The translations under genes and the position numbers were made by a program. A model generated the notes under the pieces. That model did no database searches and was not told the origin of the DNA. It worked only from the letters and a program-made list of their open reading frames with translations. Below, one piece after another: positions 10,337 through 21,158 of a DNA stretch of 64,000 nt. Within the stretch, counting starts at the first letter, position 1; the number at the start of each line of letters is the position of its first letter. The DNA is from Naegleria gruberi (Eukaryota): NCBI GenBank assembly GCA_000004985.1, contig GG738859.1; one strand, given 5' to 3'.

Positions 10337-10949
10337 CAGCTCCTTATTTCCCATCCTCTTCCTTCATCATTGTACATATTAAAAAAAGCTAAGCCCAGAT
10401 GATTATTGATTAATATTCAAACAATTGTCTCTCCTAGATATTTAAATAAACTTTTATTCTGAAAATGGTTGATACTTTTGTAACCTGTTTTGAATTACAA
10501 CCTCTTAACCATTTGATCCTGCAACCTCTGAATTCTAATACTTCAACATTATTGAACTCAAAGTGACAATACATTTGTGTTGATAATATTCATCCCAATG
10601 AGACAAACTTTGTTGAACTTAAAGTTGACACCCTTAGACACCAATTAAAGGTTGATAATCTCTTTCTCTAAATGTCTCTCTCTTCATAAATCTCCAGCAG
10701 ACAAGGCATTAAAGATTATAAACCATCCATTATCATAATATTCCAGCCACAAGTGCAAACTTGAAAAACAAAAAACAACAAGACCATTCCAAGACAATTA
10801 TACCAAATATCCTCTGTAATAGTCTGTCCAATACAAGGCCCATTTCTTTTGAAAGTTTACCGATATCAAAAACGTTAATTAACCAACAACAAGCAACTCA
10901 TAGCCCAACATATTAAACCAACAAAAAAACACTCCAACCGAAAAACAAC

Positions 10950-12380
10950 ATGACGCAAGAGGATCCATACGGAAACGATGAAGATCTTCTCATAATTGAC
11001 AATCATAAACCCCTTAGTGTTGTTCAACAACTTGTACCAAAGGAGGAACCACCTCAGTCAAAACTTCCACTGGAAGAAATAGCAGAAAATGAGCGTTCAA
11101 CCTTAACAAAGAGTACCTCTCATCCTAATTCTCTTTCTCCTCGATTGAATTCGCTATCTATTGTGAATAGTGAAAATAATGGAGTTGTTTCTCAAAGTAG
11201 TATAAGAAGAAAATCAATTGTATCTAATAGTCCTATCATTCCTCCTAAAACCTTCTCATCACTTAAAGATGATTTTAAAATAATGTATAGAGTCTTTACT
11301 CATCTTACCTATGTAGAATTAATCCGAGTTGGAAATACTTGTTCTTTCTGGAGAATGATACTAAGAGATTGTGAAAAACTTAGCAAACAAAAAGAGAAAC
11401 TCATGGGTGTTGAGTACGTCGATTTATATGAGAGAGAATGCAAAAGATTATGGCCTTCTAATCATGATGTGTCGAGATACCCACCAGAGAGGCCACTTGC
11501 ACCAACTGCTGAAACATTCAAAGTGAAAAATGATGACGAGGAAGAAATTAAACCATCATCACAAAGAAGAGCATCCATCCTTGAACTTGACACAGGAGGT
11601 TATAGAAGAATGCTTCTCGATAGAAATAGAGAAAACGAGTTATTCCCTATTGTATATTTAGAATTTTCAAAAACATCAAGACAATCCTATCTAAGCAATA
11701 ACAGTAGTGAATTTGTGAGTTTGGGAAGAGTTGAAATTAAATTGAATAAGAAAGAAGCCCCTAAGGCAGCAGAGAATTTTAGATGTTTGTGCACAGGAGA
11801 AAAGGGATTATCTCCAAATTCAATTCCTCTCTATTTTAAGGGTGCAACCATGCACAAAGCACTCCAAGCCACTTTTATTCAGGGTGGTGATATTGTCTAT
11901 TCAGGTGCTAGTGGATGGTGGCAAGCTCAATATGGAAAGGAAATTGCATCATCAAGAAACGACCCAATTGCAGTAGAGGGAGAAGGATCTGAAAGCATTT
12001 ATGGACAAACTTTTGATAGTGACTCCAGTGAATTATGTCACAATCCTGGATCCGTTTCTTGTGTTGTTAAACCTGGTAATGGATGTCAATTTAATATTTG
12101 TGTAACAAAGTGTAAAGAGCTAGATGGAAAGCAAATTGTATTTGGAGAAGTTGTTAAAGGTCAAGAAGTTGTCAGAAAGATTGAAACAATTATCCTTATT
12201 GCTCAGCAAGCCGCACCTGAAGATCAAGAGGTGGTCTTTATCAAGGCTTGTGGTCAAACTGGTTTCAGTGGAAAAACATTCGACATGTGGACTCATGAAA
12301 TACTGACCGAGGTAATGGAAGAACCAAAAACAGTTGTACGAAATGAACCAGTGAAATCGAGAACATGCCAAATTTTATAA
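10950..12380 (+). CDS. F-box protein with a C-terminal cyclophilin-type peptidyl-prolyl isomerase domain
   Basis: F-box-like segment FKIMYRVFTHLTYVELIRVGNTCSFWRMIL. C-terminal LGRVEIKLNKKEAPKAAENFRCLCTGEKG...YFKGATMHKALQATFIQGGDIV...SIYGQTFDSD...GNGCQFNICVTKCKELDGKQIVFGEVVKGQEVVRKIE is collinear with cyclophilin A (GRVxFELFxDxxPKTAENFRALCTGEKG...HRxIPxFMxQGGDF...SIYGxxFxDE...GxxTNGSQFFITTxxTxWLDGKHVVFGxV). Confidence 0.7.
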   Translation: MTQEDPYGNDEDLLIIDNHKPLSVVQQLVPKEEPPQSKLPLEEIAENERSTLTKSTSHPNSLSPRLNSLSIVNSENNGVVSQSSIRRKSIVSNSPIIPPKTFSSLKDDFKIMYRVFTHLTYVELIRVGNTCSFWRMILRDCEKLSKQKEKLMGVEYVDLYERECKRLWPSNHDVSRYPPERPLAPTAETFKVKNDDEEEIKPSSQRRASILELDTGGYRRMLLDRNRENELFPIVYLEFSKTSRQSYLSNNSSEFVSLGRVEIKLNKKEAPKAAENFRCLCTGEKGLSPNSIPLYFKGATMHKALQATFIQGGDIVYSGASGWWQAQYGKEIASSRNDPIAVEGEGSESIYGQTFDSDSSELCHNPGSVSCVVKPGNGCQFNICVTKCKELDGKQIVFGEVVKGQEVVRKIETIILIAQQAAPEDQEVVFIKACGQTGFSGKTFDMWTHEILTEVMEEPKTVVRNEPVKSRTCQIL

Positions 12381-12512
12381 TAGAAATATTTATTTAATAA
12401 AACATTAACTTTAATTCATTCTTTTGTTAACATAATTATTAATTCAATTAAAAGCTTGTCAATTTGAAATTGAAAAACAATTAAAATTCAAATAATTTGG
12501 ACTTCAAAAAAA

Positions 12513-15451
12513 ATGAGCACACATCATCGTAGTTCAAGTCTCCATCAGGAGAATAAAAAACACAAATCAAAGCACATCAGTAAGCGTCAATTAAAGAAGG
12601 AAAGTAAAGGTCGTGTTGAACATGAAGGTGGTCTCAAAGCATCTCAAATGAAGAAGACTCATCAAAACGCCAAAGCTCAACGTAAACAACGTGCTAAACA
12701 AGTTCGGGATAACAAGAAACAACAAATTTTATATAGACAACGTTTGGGAAGAAGTGGCAATCCACCAAGAATTGTCTCTGTCATGTCTTTGAGTGGACAA
12801 GGTATGTTGATGATTTAAATTTCCTCCGAGTTTTAACCGAATTAAAAGATGAAGGAGAAGTTGAAAGTGTATTTTCTGATATTATGAGTAGAAGTGAAGA
12901 ATTTGAAAGTGGAAAAATTAATTTGAATGATTTGGATTTTTCTAGTGTTCGTTCAATTCGGTAGGTAATCAAATGATAATTGACTAACCATTTCAATAGT
13001 CTTCAAAAGGAATTCCAACAAAAATCACTTACTCTCTTCTGTGTGAAACAAGCAAATTCTAGATCTGTTTTGGATGCTGCTAAAGTTTCCGATATTATGA
13101 TTTTTGTTCTTCCAGCTCAAAGTATTCAATTCAATGGTAATCAAGAACCATCCTTACATCCAACTGCTAAATATAATCTCTCACTTCTTAGAGCTCAAGG
13201 TTTACCATCTAGTATTGTCGTTTTACAAGGATTGAATCAAATTTCTCAAAAAAAGCAAAATGATGTGAAACAAGTTGTTAACAAGATTATGAAGGATGAA
13301 ATTCCAGACTTTGAAAAGGTCTTTTCATTGACTTCAACAACAAATAGTATGGATGATTCTGCCAATTTTGAAACTACCAAGACAGAAATGAAACAAATTT
13401 TGTTACGTTTGAATTCATTAACACCAAAAACTATCTATTGGAGAGAAAATCATCCATACATGATTGTGGAAAATCTTGAATTCATCAAGAAGGATCAATC
13501 TGAAATCAATGAATTATCAGATGAAAATAGTAATAATGGTACACTTGTTATTCGTGGATATTTACGTGGTAAACCAGCCAGTCCAAATCAACTTTTCCAT
13601 CTTGTCAATTATGGTACTTATCAATTGGATAAAATTGTTTTGGAAAAGGAAAATTCACATGCTTACTCAAAGAAGAAACAACAAGGTTCTAGTTCAAATG
13701 CAATGGAAGATGACAAGGTTGGTACTAGTCAAATGAGTACAACTGCTGATTCCAATGAACCAAAAACCTTGTTACCAGATGAAAAGCAAGAATCTCTTCA
13801 AACTGCTCTTGAACCAAATCTTATGGATGGTGAACAAACCTTGCCAACCAAGGAAGATTATGAAATGGAATTGGCTAACCAAATTACTGAAAAACAAGCT
13901 GGTTATGTTTACCATAAGAAGGTTGTTCCAAAGGGTATGACTCCAACTGAAGCTGCTTGGATTATTGACCATTTGGAAGATGCTGAAGAAGACCAATCCG
14001 ATGAGGAAGAAGATGAAATGATTGATGAAGCCAACAGAGCTGTTGCTGCTGATGAAGAAGAAAGACGTGTCGATTTCAATTTTGATATTGCTTCTGAAGC
14101 TCAAACTCATATTGAAAAACACTTCAACTTGGACGAAATGGATGAAGATATGACTGAAGAAGAAAGAATTGCTGAAATGATGCGTGCCATTAAATCCAGA
14201 AAGGAGATGAAGAATGAAATGGATTATCCTGATGAAGTTGATACACCATTAGATATTCCAGCTCGTGTCCGTTTCCAAAAATACAGAGGTTTGAAATCAT
14301 TCAGATCTTCACCATGGGATGCTGAAGAAAATTTACCATTGGATTATTCACGTATTTTCAGATTTAAGAATTTCCAAACATCTCAAAAGCTTGCTTTGGA
14401 AGGTTTTGATCCAGAAAATGATTACAATTTATGGGAAAATTATATCACTCTCCACATTGCTAATGTTCCAGCCAACATGTGTGAAGTTATTCAACAAAAG
14501 AAGGAACCACTCATTGTCTTTGGTTTACTTAAACACGAACAAAAGACCAGTCTTGTCCATTTACTTGTAAAGAGAACTAACGACTCAGTTGTTGTTAAAC
14601 AATCAACAAGTTATGATCCATCTGATAATATTACAAAGATGATTGAATACCATCCTCAAGAAGACGATGATGGTGAAGAAGAGCCAATACCTGGTGCTGA
14701 AGTTGAAGAAAATCCAATCAAATCTAAGGATGAACTTATTATTCAAATTGGTTTCAGAACATTTAAATGTAATCCTATTTATTCGGAACATAATCCTAGA
14801 AATGATAAGCACAAATACGAAAGATTCTTTGCTCCATATCGTTTCCTTATTGCCACAGTGTATGCTCCAGTAACCTTTAAACCTGCACCTGTTTTAATGT
14901 TCCGAAGGAATAATAAGAATACCATGTCACTTGTTGACAATATGATTGTACAAACTGAACCATCACAAACTCTTGATCAACCAAATCTTGACTTTGTTGG
15001 TCATGGCACAGTTCACGGTGTTGATCCATACCGTAGAGTTATTAAGAAGATTATTCTTACTGGTCACCCTTACAAACTTCATAAGAATCAAGTTGTTGCT
15101 CGTTACATGTTCTTCAATCCAGAAGATATTCGTTGGTTCAAACCAGTTGAAGTTTATACTAAATATGGTAGACATGGTATTATCAAAGAAGCTGTTGGTA
15201 CTCATGGTTATATGCGTTGTTTATTCGATGATATTGTCCTTCCAAAGGATACTATTTGTATGAATTTATACAAGAGAGTTTTCCCAAAGTGGACCACAGA
15301 GAGTTCATCCCTGTTAGCAGGTCCAACTATTTCAATTCCTCGTCCACTTAAACAAACTACATCATCTGGTGGTGCTTACCTCAATGAAGAAGCAATTAGA
15401 AGATTGGGTATTATGTCCAAATCTGAAGAATTAGAAATGATTGAAGACTAA
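12513..15451 (+). CDS. TSR1: Ribosome-biogenesis protein TSR1. Exons 12513..12801, 12831 or 12849..12960, and 13000..15451. Intron 1 is 12802..12830 or 12802..12848; intron 2 is 12961..12999.
   Basis: N-terminus MSTHHRSSSLHQENKKHKSKHISKRQLKK...PPRIVSVMSLSGQ matches yeast/human Tsr1. Intron 1 starts GTATGT at 12802, with two in-frame acceptors (CCGAG at 12830, AAAAG at 12848). Intron 2 is GTAGGTAATC..TGACTAACCATTTCAATAG (39 nt). Exon 3 carries the large Tsr1/AARP2CN body (GYLRGKP...HKYERF...GHGT..GVDPYRRVIKKIILTGHP..LHK...RYMFF..EDI.WFK...GRHGIIKE..GTHGYM). The track ORFs 12513..12818 and 12980..15451 are the two ends of this gene. Confidence 0.8.
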
Positions 15452-15566
15452 ATTATTAAAAAACTATTCATGTATGCTCCTTCAGTTGTTTTAATTGAAA
15501 ATTATTTTCGACTTTAGTCCTTAATATATTCATCCAATTTAAATTTCAAAAAAAATATAATTTAAT

Positions 15567-16682
15567 TTAATTGAATGGAAGTTCTGTTTCATCGAATTGG
15601 AATTCCTCTTCAACAGTCTTAGGTTCTTCTTGAGTTTTTTGTTCTTGTACAATACCATCAGTTTGTTTCATTTCACCATCAATACTAAGTTCTCCTTGTT
15701 TAGCTCCACACCATGTTGTTGTGAATTGAATAGTTTGTCCTGCCACCAGTTCATGTAAAAGTTTTTCATTTGGAATAAAAACAGAGGCATTGAACATGTT
15801 GAGCACTTTACAAAAAACTCTTCTAGTGTTATAATTAACATTTGTGATTGTACCTCTCAAAATTGTTCCGTATGTTGGTGAAAACAAGATAAATGTTGCT
15901 GCAATAGTTACTGCTGAAACGGATGGGTTAGTATCAAACTGTATCACTGATCCTTCTTCCAAAATTTTAACATTTTCAACACCCATTACAAATCCTCTCA
16001 ATTTAGTATCATATCCATTTACAAGGTGATAGGCTCTATCGAAAAGTTGTTTCTCTATTAATTTTTCCATTTCTGTTTGGGTTGTTTGTTTCACTTCTTG
16101 TTCCCCTGATAGGAAATCACTTCCATTAGAAAGTGCCATATGTGTTTGATAAATTCCACCATAATTATAAAGTGGGTATGTCATGACGGCTCTCCTTTTC
16201 ACAAAGAAGACATTGTAGTCAAACTCTTCTGGAAAGAGTTTTCTTATTGTTTCTTCGTCTCTAAAGAATTTCGAGAATTTAGGAGCAACTTGTTTGATTT
16301 GGTCTTCACAAATTGTTGTGAATTGAGGCTTCTTCTTTCTGTATTCGTCGTGGCTAAATTGTGTTCTGATGAAATTCCAAAAAGTTGGTGTGTGTTCAAG
16401 ACGAGAGATGAAACTAACAAGGGTCAATGTACGATAAAAGACAGACTTGTTAGAATCAAAGAATTCACAAACAATATTTGAGAGTTGTTTCTTTTGTTGT
16501 TCATCCATTTCCACAAGACCGGAATCTGTTTTTACATTTTCTTTAACAGCAGGTCTTTCCTTTTCTCTAAAAACCTTCTTCTTTTTAGATTCATTGTTTT
16601 CTTGTTGTTCAACTACGACAACTTCCTCATCGACAGGCAACTCGTCCGCTTTTCTCTTCTTGTCTTGGGCCATTTTTTTCAT
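15567..16682 (-). CDS. Hypothetical protein with a K/E-rich (nuclear-type) N-terminus
   Basis: The track ORF starts at an alternative TTG (16688). The first real ATG is at 16682 (MKKMAQDKKRK...). 371 aa; C-terminal half beta-rich. No confident family. Confidence 0.5.
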   Translation of the reverse strand: MKKMAQDKKRKADELPVDEEVVVVEQQENNESKKKKVFREKERPAVKENVKTDSGLVEMDEQQKKQLSNIVCEFFDSNKSVFYRTLTLVSFISRLEHTPTFWNFIRTQFSHDEYRKKKPQFTTICEDQIKQVAPKFSKFFRDEETIRKLFPEEFDYNVFFVKRRAVMTYPLYNYGGIYQTHMALSNGSDFLSGEQEVKQTTQTEMEKLIEKQLFDRAYHLVNGYDTKLRGFVMGVENVKILEEGSVIQFDTNPSVSAVTIAATFILFSPTYGTILRGTITNVNYNTRRVFCKVLNMFNASVFIPNEKLLHELVAGQTIQFTTTWCGAKQGELSIDGEMKQTDGIVQEQKTQEEPKTVEEEFQFDETELPFN

Positions 16683-16827
16683 CAACAAAATTTTGAATTT
16701 TGAGCAACAACAATTGTTCCTTCATCAGAGAGAAGAATTAAATCATCACAAACGCAAACAACTTGTTTCATAGTATATGTGATTCATGTTCGTTTTAACA
16801 ACAACAAATAGAAATAAAGTACAAGGT

Positions 16828-17268
16828 TTAATGCTTCAAGAAGTGAAGATCAACAGCAGAAGGTAACAATGCCTTCATACTGCTTTCCAAAACTTCATTA
16901 GTTTCCGAATTGACAATTAAAACAGGGAAGTCATTAGTCTTATCATCAACAAATTCTTGGAGAACTTGTCTACAAGCACCACAAGGTGTAACTCCAATGT
17001 TTGTAGAAACAACAATACCCTTGATACAATGACAATTGTTGGAGACCATCTTCATGACAGCACATCTTTCAGCACAGATGGTGAGGCCATAACTTTGGTT
17101 TTCAACATTGCAGCCAGTATAAAGTTGTCCATCGTCTCCTAGAATGCAAGCTCCTACATGAAACTTAGAGTATGGACAATAGGCAATTTTTTGTGTGTCA
17201 ATGCTCTTGCTAATCATGGTTTCCTTGAGAGCTGGATCCTTTTGGAAGATGGATTGTTGTTCTTGCAT
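16828..17268 (-). CDS. CDA: Cytidine deaminase
   Basis: 146 aa carrying both zinc-ligand motifs CAERCA and PCGACRQ, typical of homotetrameric CDA. Confidence 0.85.
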   Translation of the reverse strand: MQEQQSIFQKDPALKETMISKSIDTQKIAYCPYSKFHVGACILGDDGQLYTGCNVENQSYGLTICAERCAVMKMVSNNCHCIKGIVVSTNIGVTPCGACRQVLQEFVDDKTNDFPVLIVNSETNEVLESSMKALLPSAVDLHFLKH

Positions 17269-17597
17269 TTTGTGTATTGATTACAGTAGTACTACTAGTA
17301 AGGATGCTTGTTGTATTTACTTGTTTGGTTCTGAAGTCCAAGGTGAAGAGAGCGAGGCTAATTCAAAATAAAAGGCTTTGCCCGTGTGATCCAGATATTT
17401 TTTTCTAATAAACAACACATTTTTGCAGTATCAAGATATTAATATCGTGGGAGCAGCAAACCAGGGTTTTCTTTCCACTTAAACCCACTTTAAAACAAAT
17501 GCCATAAAGACATCAAGTTAGAGTTAATTTTCATTATCATCTCCAAATTTGGTGGATTGAATGCGAACTTTTGTGAGAATTATACGCTTCGTAAGGA

Positions 17598-17670
17598 TCC
17601 CCCTTAGCTCAGTCGGTAGAGCGTCAGACTGTTAATCTGCAGGTCGGTGGTTCGAGCCCACCAGGGGGAG
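17598..17670 (+). tRNA. tRNA-Asn (anticodon GTT), copy 1
   Basis: TCCCCCTTAGCTCAGTCGGTAGAGCGTCAGACTGTTAATCTGCAGGTCGGTGGTTCGAGCCCACCAGGGGGAG. 7-bp acceptor stem, anticodon loop CTGTTAA, T-arm GGTGGTTCGAGCCCACC, followed by a T-run. Confidence 0.85.
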
Positions 17671-17768
17671 AATATGTTTTATTAATTTGTTGCTTGTGGA
17701 GTTTTGACTACCAACAGGAGTTGAGAATAACCTTCAGCAGTGATCGAAAAAAATCTAAGATTAAAAAA

Positions 17769-19930
17769 ATGAGCGCCAGAAGAGAAGCCGATAGCATCAC
17801 ACTCACACAATTAAAACAATTAGGATGTGAAGTTGAAGAGTCTGTTACTTCTATGGCTGATGTAGATAAATTCTTATTGTATAAAGCTACCGTTATTTGT
17901 CTTAGAGCTATTGCAAGAGGAAATAACAGAGAACCTGATGATTATCCGGAAGACCTTCCTTACGAAATTAGTACTTGTTTTAGAACCTGTACTGCTCTCA
18001 CCCAGTCTATCAAGGTTTGTAGATGACAATTAAAATTATATTGGAAATATTAATTATTTGGAATTAATCGGATCATCAAAATAATTAGGAATACGGATTT
18101 AGAGGAGATATGACTTTTGATCAATTTTTATATCCTAATGAAATGGTTACCCGTCATATTCTTATTTGGTTAGTTGAACAAGCAACATCTTTTATGACTG
18201 ATCAACAAAATAATGAAGGTGCTAACGAAGGAGAAGCAAGTAAGAGACAAACTGTTCAAGCCAGAATGAACTCGGTCCTTTCATTCTTTGTAAATTCTAC
18301 TTGGACTGTGAAAAATCAAAATGGTACCGAAAAAGTGTCAATTGATGTAACCTCTTCAACAAAGAGTTGGGATAATGAAAATATTCGATGGAATAGTTAT
18401 CCTGTGAATTCACAAGCTTCTATGAATGCCTTTTTGTTGGCTGCTTTGAAGAGTGGAGGTTTACCAACTGTTAGTAGAGATTCTGGACTTATGGAAAATT
18501 TAAAGTCAACATTTACTGTTGGAGGAAACGCTAATGATGAATTGTGTGAAAAACATGCCATGTTGTACTATAGAAAGTTTGGACCATACATTTCCGAACA
18601 AATTTTAGCAAAGGATCAAATGGCTTCCACTGTATTTGAAGAAAATGCTCGTGAATTATTATTGGAACAACAACGTGAGGACGAATGGAATGATTTGGGT
18701 ATTGATTCTGGATTAACTCGTGAAGAATACTTTAAACAAAAACAGCAAAAAATCAATACTAAGGTTTCAGATGTTCTTAAGGGAGGAAGTTCTAAATTTG
18801 TTGACAATGATGATTCTGCAAGCTCTGAAGATGGAATGCCATCCCTTTCTGACTTGTTGCAATCATTGAAGAATAATAGAAAGATTGATACATCATCAAC
18901 TTTCTCAAAGAGAAAACTCTTTGAAAATGAAACTGATGATGTGTCTAAAAAATTGCTCACTACCAATCCATTGGCTCCAAAAGAAAAGCAAAATGCAGCC
19001 AATATCGAAGAGGAAAAGAAGAGAAAGGAAGAGGAAAGACAACAAGAATTGGATGAATTACAATCTGTTTTGGATAAAGTTAATGAAAAGATTGATCAAG
19101 CTGAAACAGCTAAGGATACTCTTGTCTCAGAAATGAAAAAACTAGAAGAGGCCATCACAGAGGAAAAACAAAGAAAGAAACAATTGGAAGAGGAGTTTAC
19201 CATCAACAAGACTGCTGCTATTGTTTTGCAAGATAAGGAAAAGAACATTAAGCAATTAGAATCAATGACTGAACAAGCAGAACAACGATTAAAAACTCTG
19301 AAACAGGAATGGGAACAACACAGCACACCTCTGAAAGAAAGAGAAGCCATGTTAAAGGAAAAGATAAAAGATCAAAAGAACGAATACAAGGATTTGGTAA
19401 ATGTTTCAAAGGAACTTCGTGAACAAATGAATGAATTGATTCATACCATTAGATCCAAGGAAGAGTTAATTTCAAAGAAGAAACAAGAATATGAAGAAAT
19501 GCCAAAAGAATCAGATCGTGCCAGTTATGTTACCAGAATTTTGGATGTTGTTAAAAATGTGGAAAAGCAAAACGAAGAAATTAGCAAGGTACTTAAGCAA
19601 AGCAGAGAGTTGAGTGACAACACTAGTGATTTATCAGAAAAGCTCGGTAGAACCTTCCAAGAAAATGAAGAAAATATCTTCAAGGAAGCTCAAAAGGATA
19701 CTGAATACAAGCAACTTTACAAAGATCTCCTTGAAATTAGAAGTCTTTACGAAGCTCTAATTGAACAAGTTCAATTGAACGGCAAGGCTTTGAATACTAT
19801 CAGAGATTTGGACAATCAAATTGATGTCATTTCTGAACGTAATGATACTCTAAATATTGAGAAGATTACAAAGGATTTACAAACAATCCAAGAAGAGAAC
19901 GTAAAATTGCAAAAACAACTCATGAAGTAA
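17769..19930 (+). CDS. CCDC22: CCDC22 (Commander/CCC-complex coiled-coil protein). Exons 17769..18014 and 18089..19930, 74-nt intron at 18015..18088 (GTTTGT...AATTAG).
   Basis: Exon 1 MSARREADSITLTQLKQLGCEVEESV... matches the CCDC22 N-terminus (MEEADRILIHSLRQAG). Exon 2 starts EYGFRGDMTFDQFLYPNEMVTRHILIWLVEQ (human ...LGYQNFLYPSEPDLRDLLLFLAERL). C-terminal coiled coil SYVTRILDVVKNVEKQNEEISKVLKQSRELSDNTSDLSEKLGRTFQENEENIFKEAQKD matches human LAYTQRILEIVGNIRKQKEEITKILSDTKELQKEINSLSGKLDRTF. Confidence 0.75.
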
Positions 19931-19952
19931 AAATTTTGAAATAAACCCTTAT

Positions 19953-20963
19953 TTATACTAATTGACCTTTTGATTTCTTCTTATCCCAAACAAATAAAAC
20001 TTGGTCTAAGAATTCTTGATCTTCTGAAACAATTTTTACAACTTGAAGTGAGCTTGGTGTGTTGTGTTCAATATCTCTTTCGTAGGCATATTTCAAAATT
20101 GAATCAATCATAATTTCGGCAGCTTTTCTCTTTGGGAAATTCAAACTCAAACAAGGCATTGAAACTACATGGCCTTCACATTCATCAACCTTGGCCAATG
20201 TTGCAAAAACTGTTTTTTCGAGAATATCTTCTTCCTTTGATTTACCTCCACTCCAAACAGGACCTGTGACATGAATCACATTTTTACACATTAAACTTCC
20301 ACCTTCACTAGGAACAACAAAGGCATTTGCTGGTTTGAGTTCTCCTCCAATTTTTTCCAAAGTAGCCTTACGTTTTTCCAAATACTTTTCACCACCTCTT
20401 CTGGAGATGTTATATGATAAAAAATCTTCTTCTTCCAATTTACCATTTGTTGGATTAACAATGACGTCAACCTTTTGAAGTGTTAAATCTCCTTTTGTAA
20501 CTTGAAGTTCCATAATTCTTCTTCTAAAAACAACAGCAGTCTTTCTCAAAATTTCTTCCTCCATATCTGTTTCTTTGAATTGGTCGGAAGCATACTTATA
20601 GAAAATTAAAATTGCTAAAACCGAAAGTGTAATAGTTCTGGCCATACTGAATACAGGATTTTCCTCCTTTTCTTGTTTTAAACGAGCTCTCAATTCAGGT
20701 GGAACACCTCCTGGTCTAGCATGGAAAGGAACATAGTCTTTAGAAACTTTACCAGTGAAGGCTGATTTAAAATCGGCATCATTGTCAGAGTAATTTGTCA
20801 ATGTAAATTTTGGATCACTTTTATCAGCACTAATTCTACCACTATGAAAACTTCTCATCAATTCGTTCATAATTCCACATCTGTTGCTCATCAGCCATTT
20901 CCGAGAAATATTCTTATTATTGGCGAGAACGGTTTTAATAATTGAAATTTCCCTCTTATTCAT
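19953..20963 (-). CDS. Macro-domain (ADP-ribose-binding) protein with an N-terminal transmembrane segment
   Basis: 336 aa. Hydrophobic helix MARTITLSVLAILIFYKY. The C-terminal ~170 aa show macro-domain landmarks (LTLQKVDVIVNPTNGKL...NVIHVTGPVWSGG...MPCLSLNFPKRKAAEIMIDSILKYA). Its stop lies 22 bp from the convergent CCDC22 stop. Confidence 0.55.
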   Translation of the reverse strand: MNKREISIIKTVLANNKNISRKWLMSNRCGIMNELMRSFHSGRISADKSDPKFTLTNYSDNDADFKSAFTGKVSKDYVPFHARPGGVPPELRARLKQEKEENPVFSMARTITLSVLAILIFYKYASDQFKETDMEEEILRKTAVVFRRRIMELQVTKGDLTLQKVDVIVNPTNGKLEEEDFLSYNISRRGGEKYLEKRKATLEKIGGELKPANAFVVPSEGGSLMCKNVIHVTGPVWSGGKSKEEDILEKTVFATLAKVDECEGHVVSMPCLSLNFPKRKAAEIMIDSILKYAYERDIEHNTPSSLQVVKIVSEDQEFLDQVLFVWDKKKSKGQLV

Positions 20964-21158
20964 TTTTTTGTTTTATTCAATCAAATTTGCGCTCATTAAA
21001 AACGGAATAATTATTATTAAAAATTATTAACTTCAAATACTTATCCTAATATAACTATTAAATGTAAATAATAAAAGATAATATTAAAATTTCAAAATAA
21101 ATTATTCTGTTGTTGTTTGTCATGAAGACTTCCCGCTGTTAAAGAAGATTAAAAAAAA

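Noticed and set aside
12802-12830. 29-nt version of Tsr1 intron 1 as the only model
   Set aside because: Not rejected outright, but 29 nt is shorter than every other intron mapped here (39 nt and up). The 47-nt alternative has a TTTAACC branch-like motif, so both are reported.
13464-15263. Multiple 60-116-aa ORFs on both strands inside Tsr1, and similar nested ORFs inside SDC, fimbrin, TypA and glucosidase I
   Set aside because: All lie within long conserved coding regions in alternative frames; they are typical spurious ORFs in AT-rich coding DNA.
1869-17312. Shared 12-mer (T)AAGGATGCTTG about 25-45 nt upstream of two minus-strand genes (ORF at 1846 and CDA at 17268) as a promoter motif
   Set aside because: A 12-mer coincidence of this kind is expected by chance in 64 kb, and it is not seen upstream of other genes in the window.
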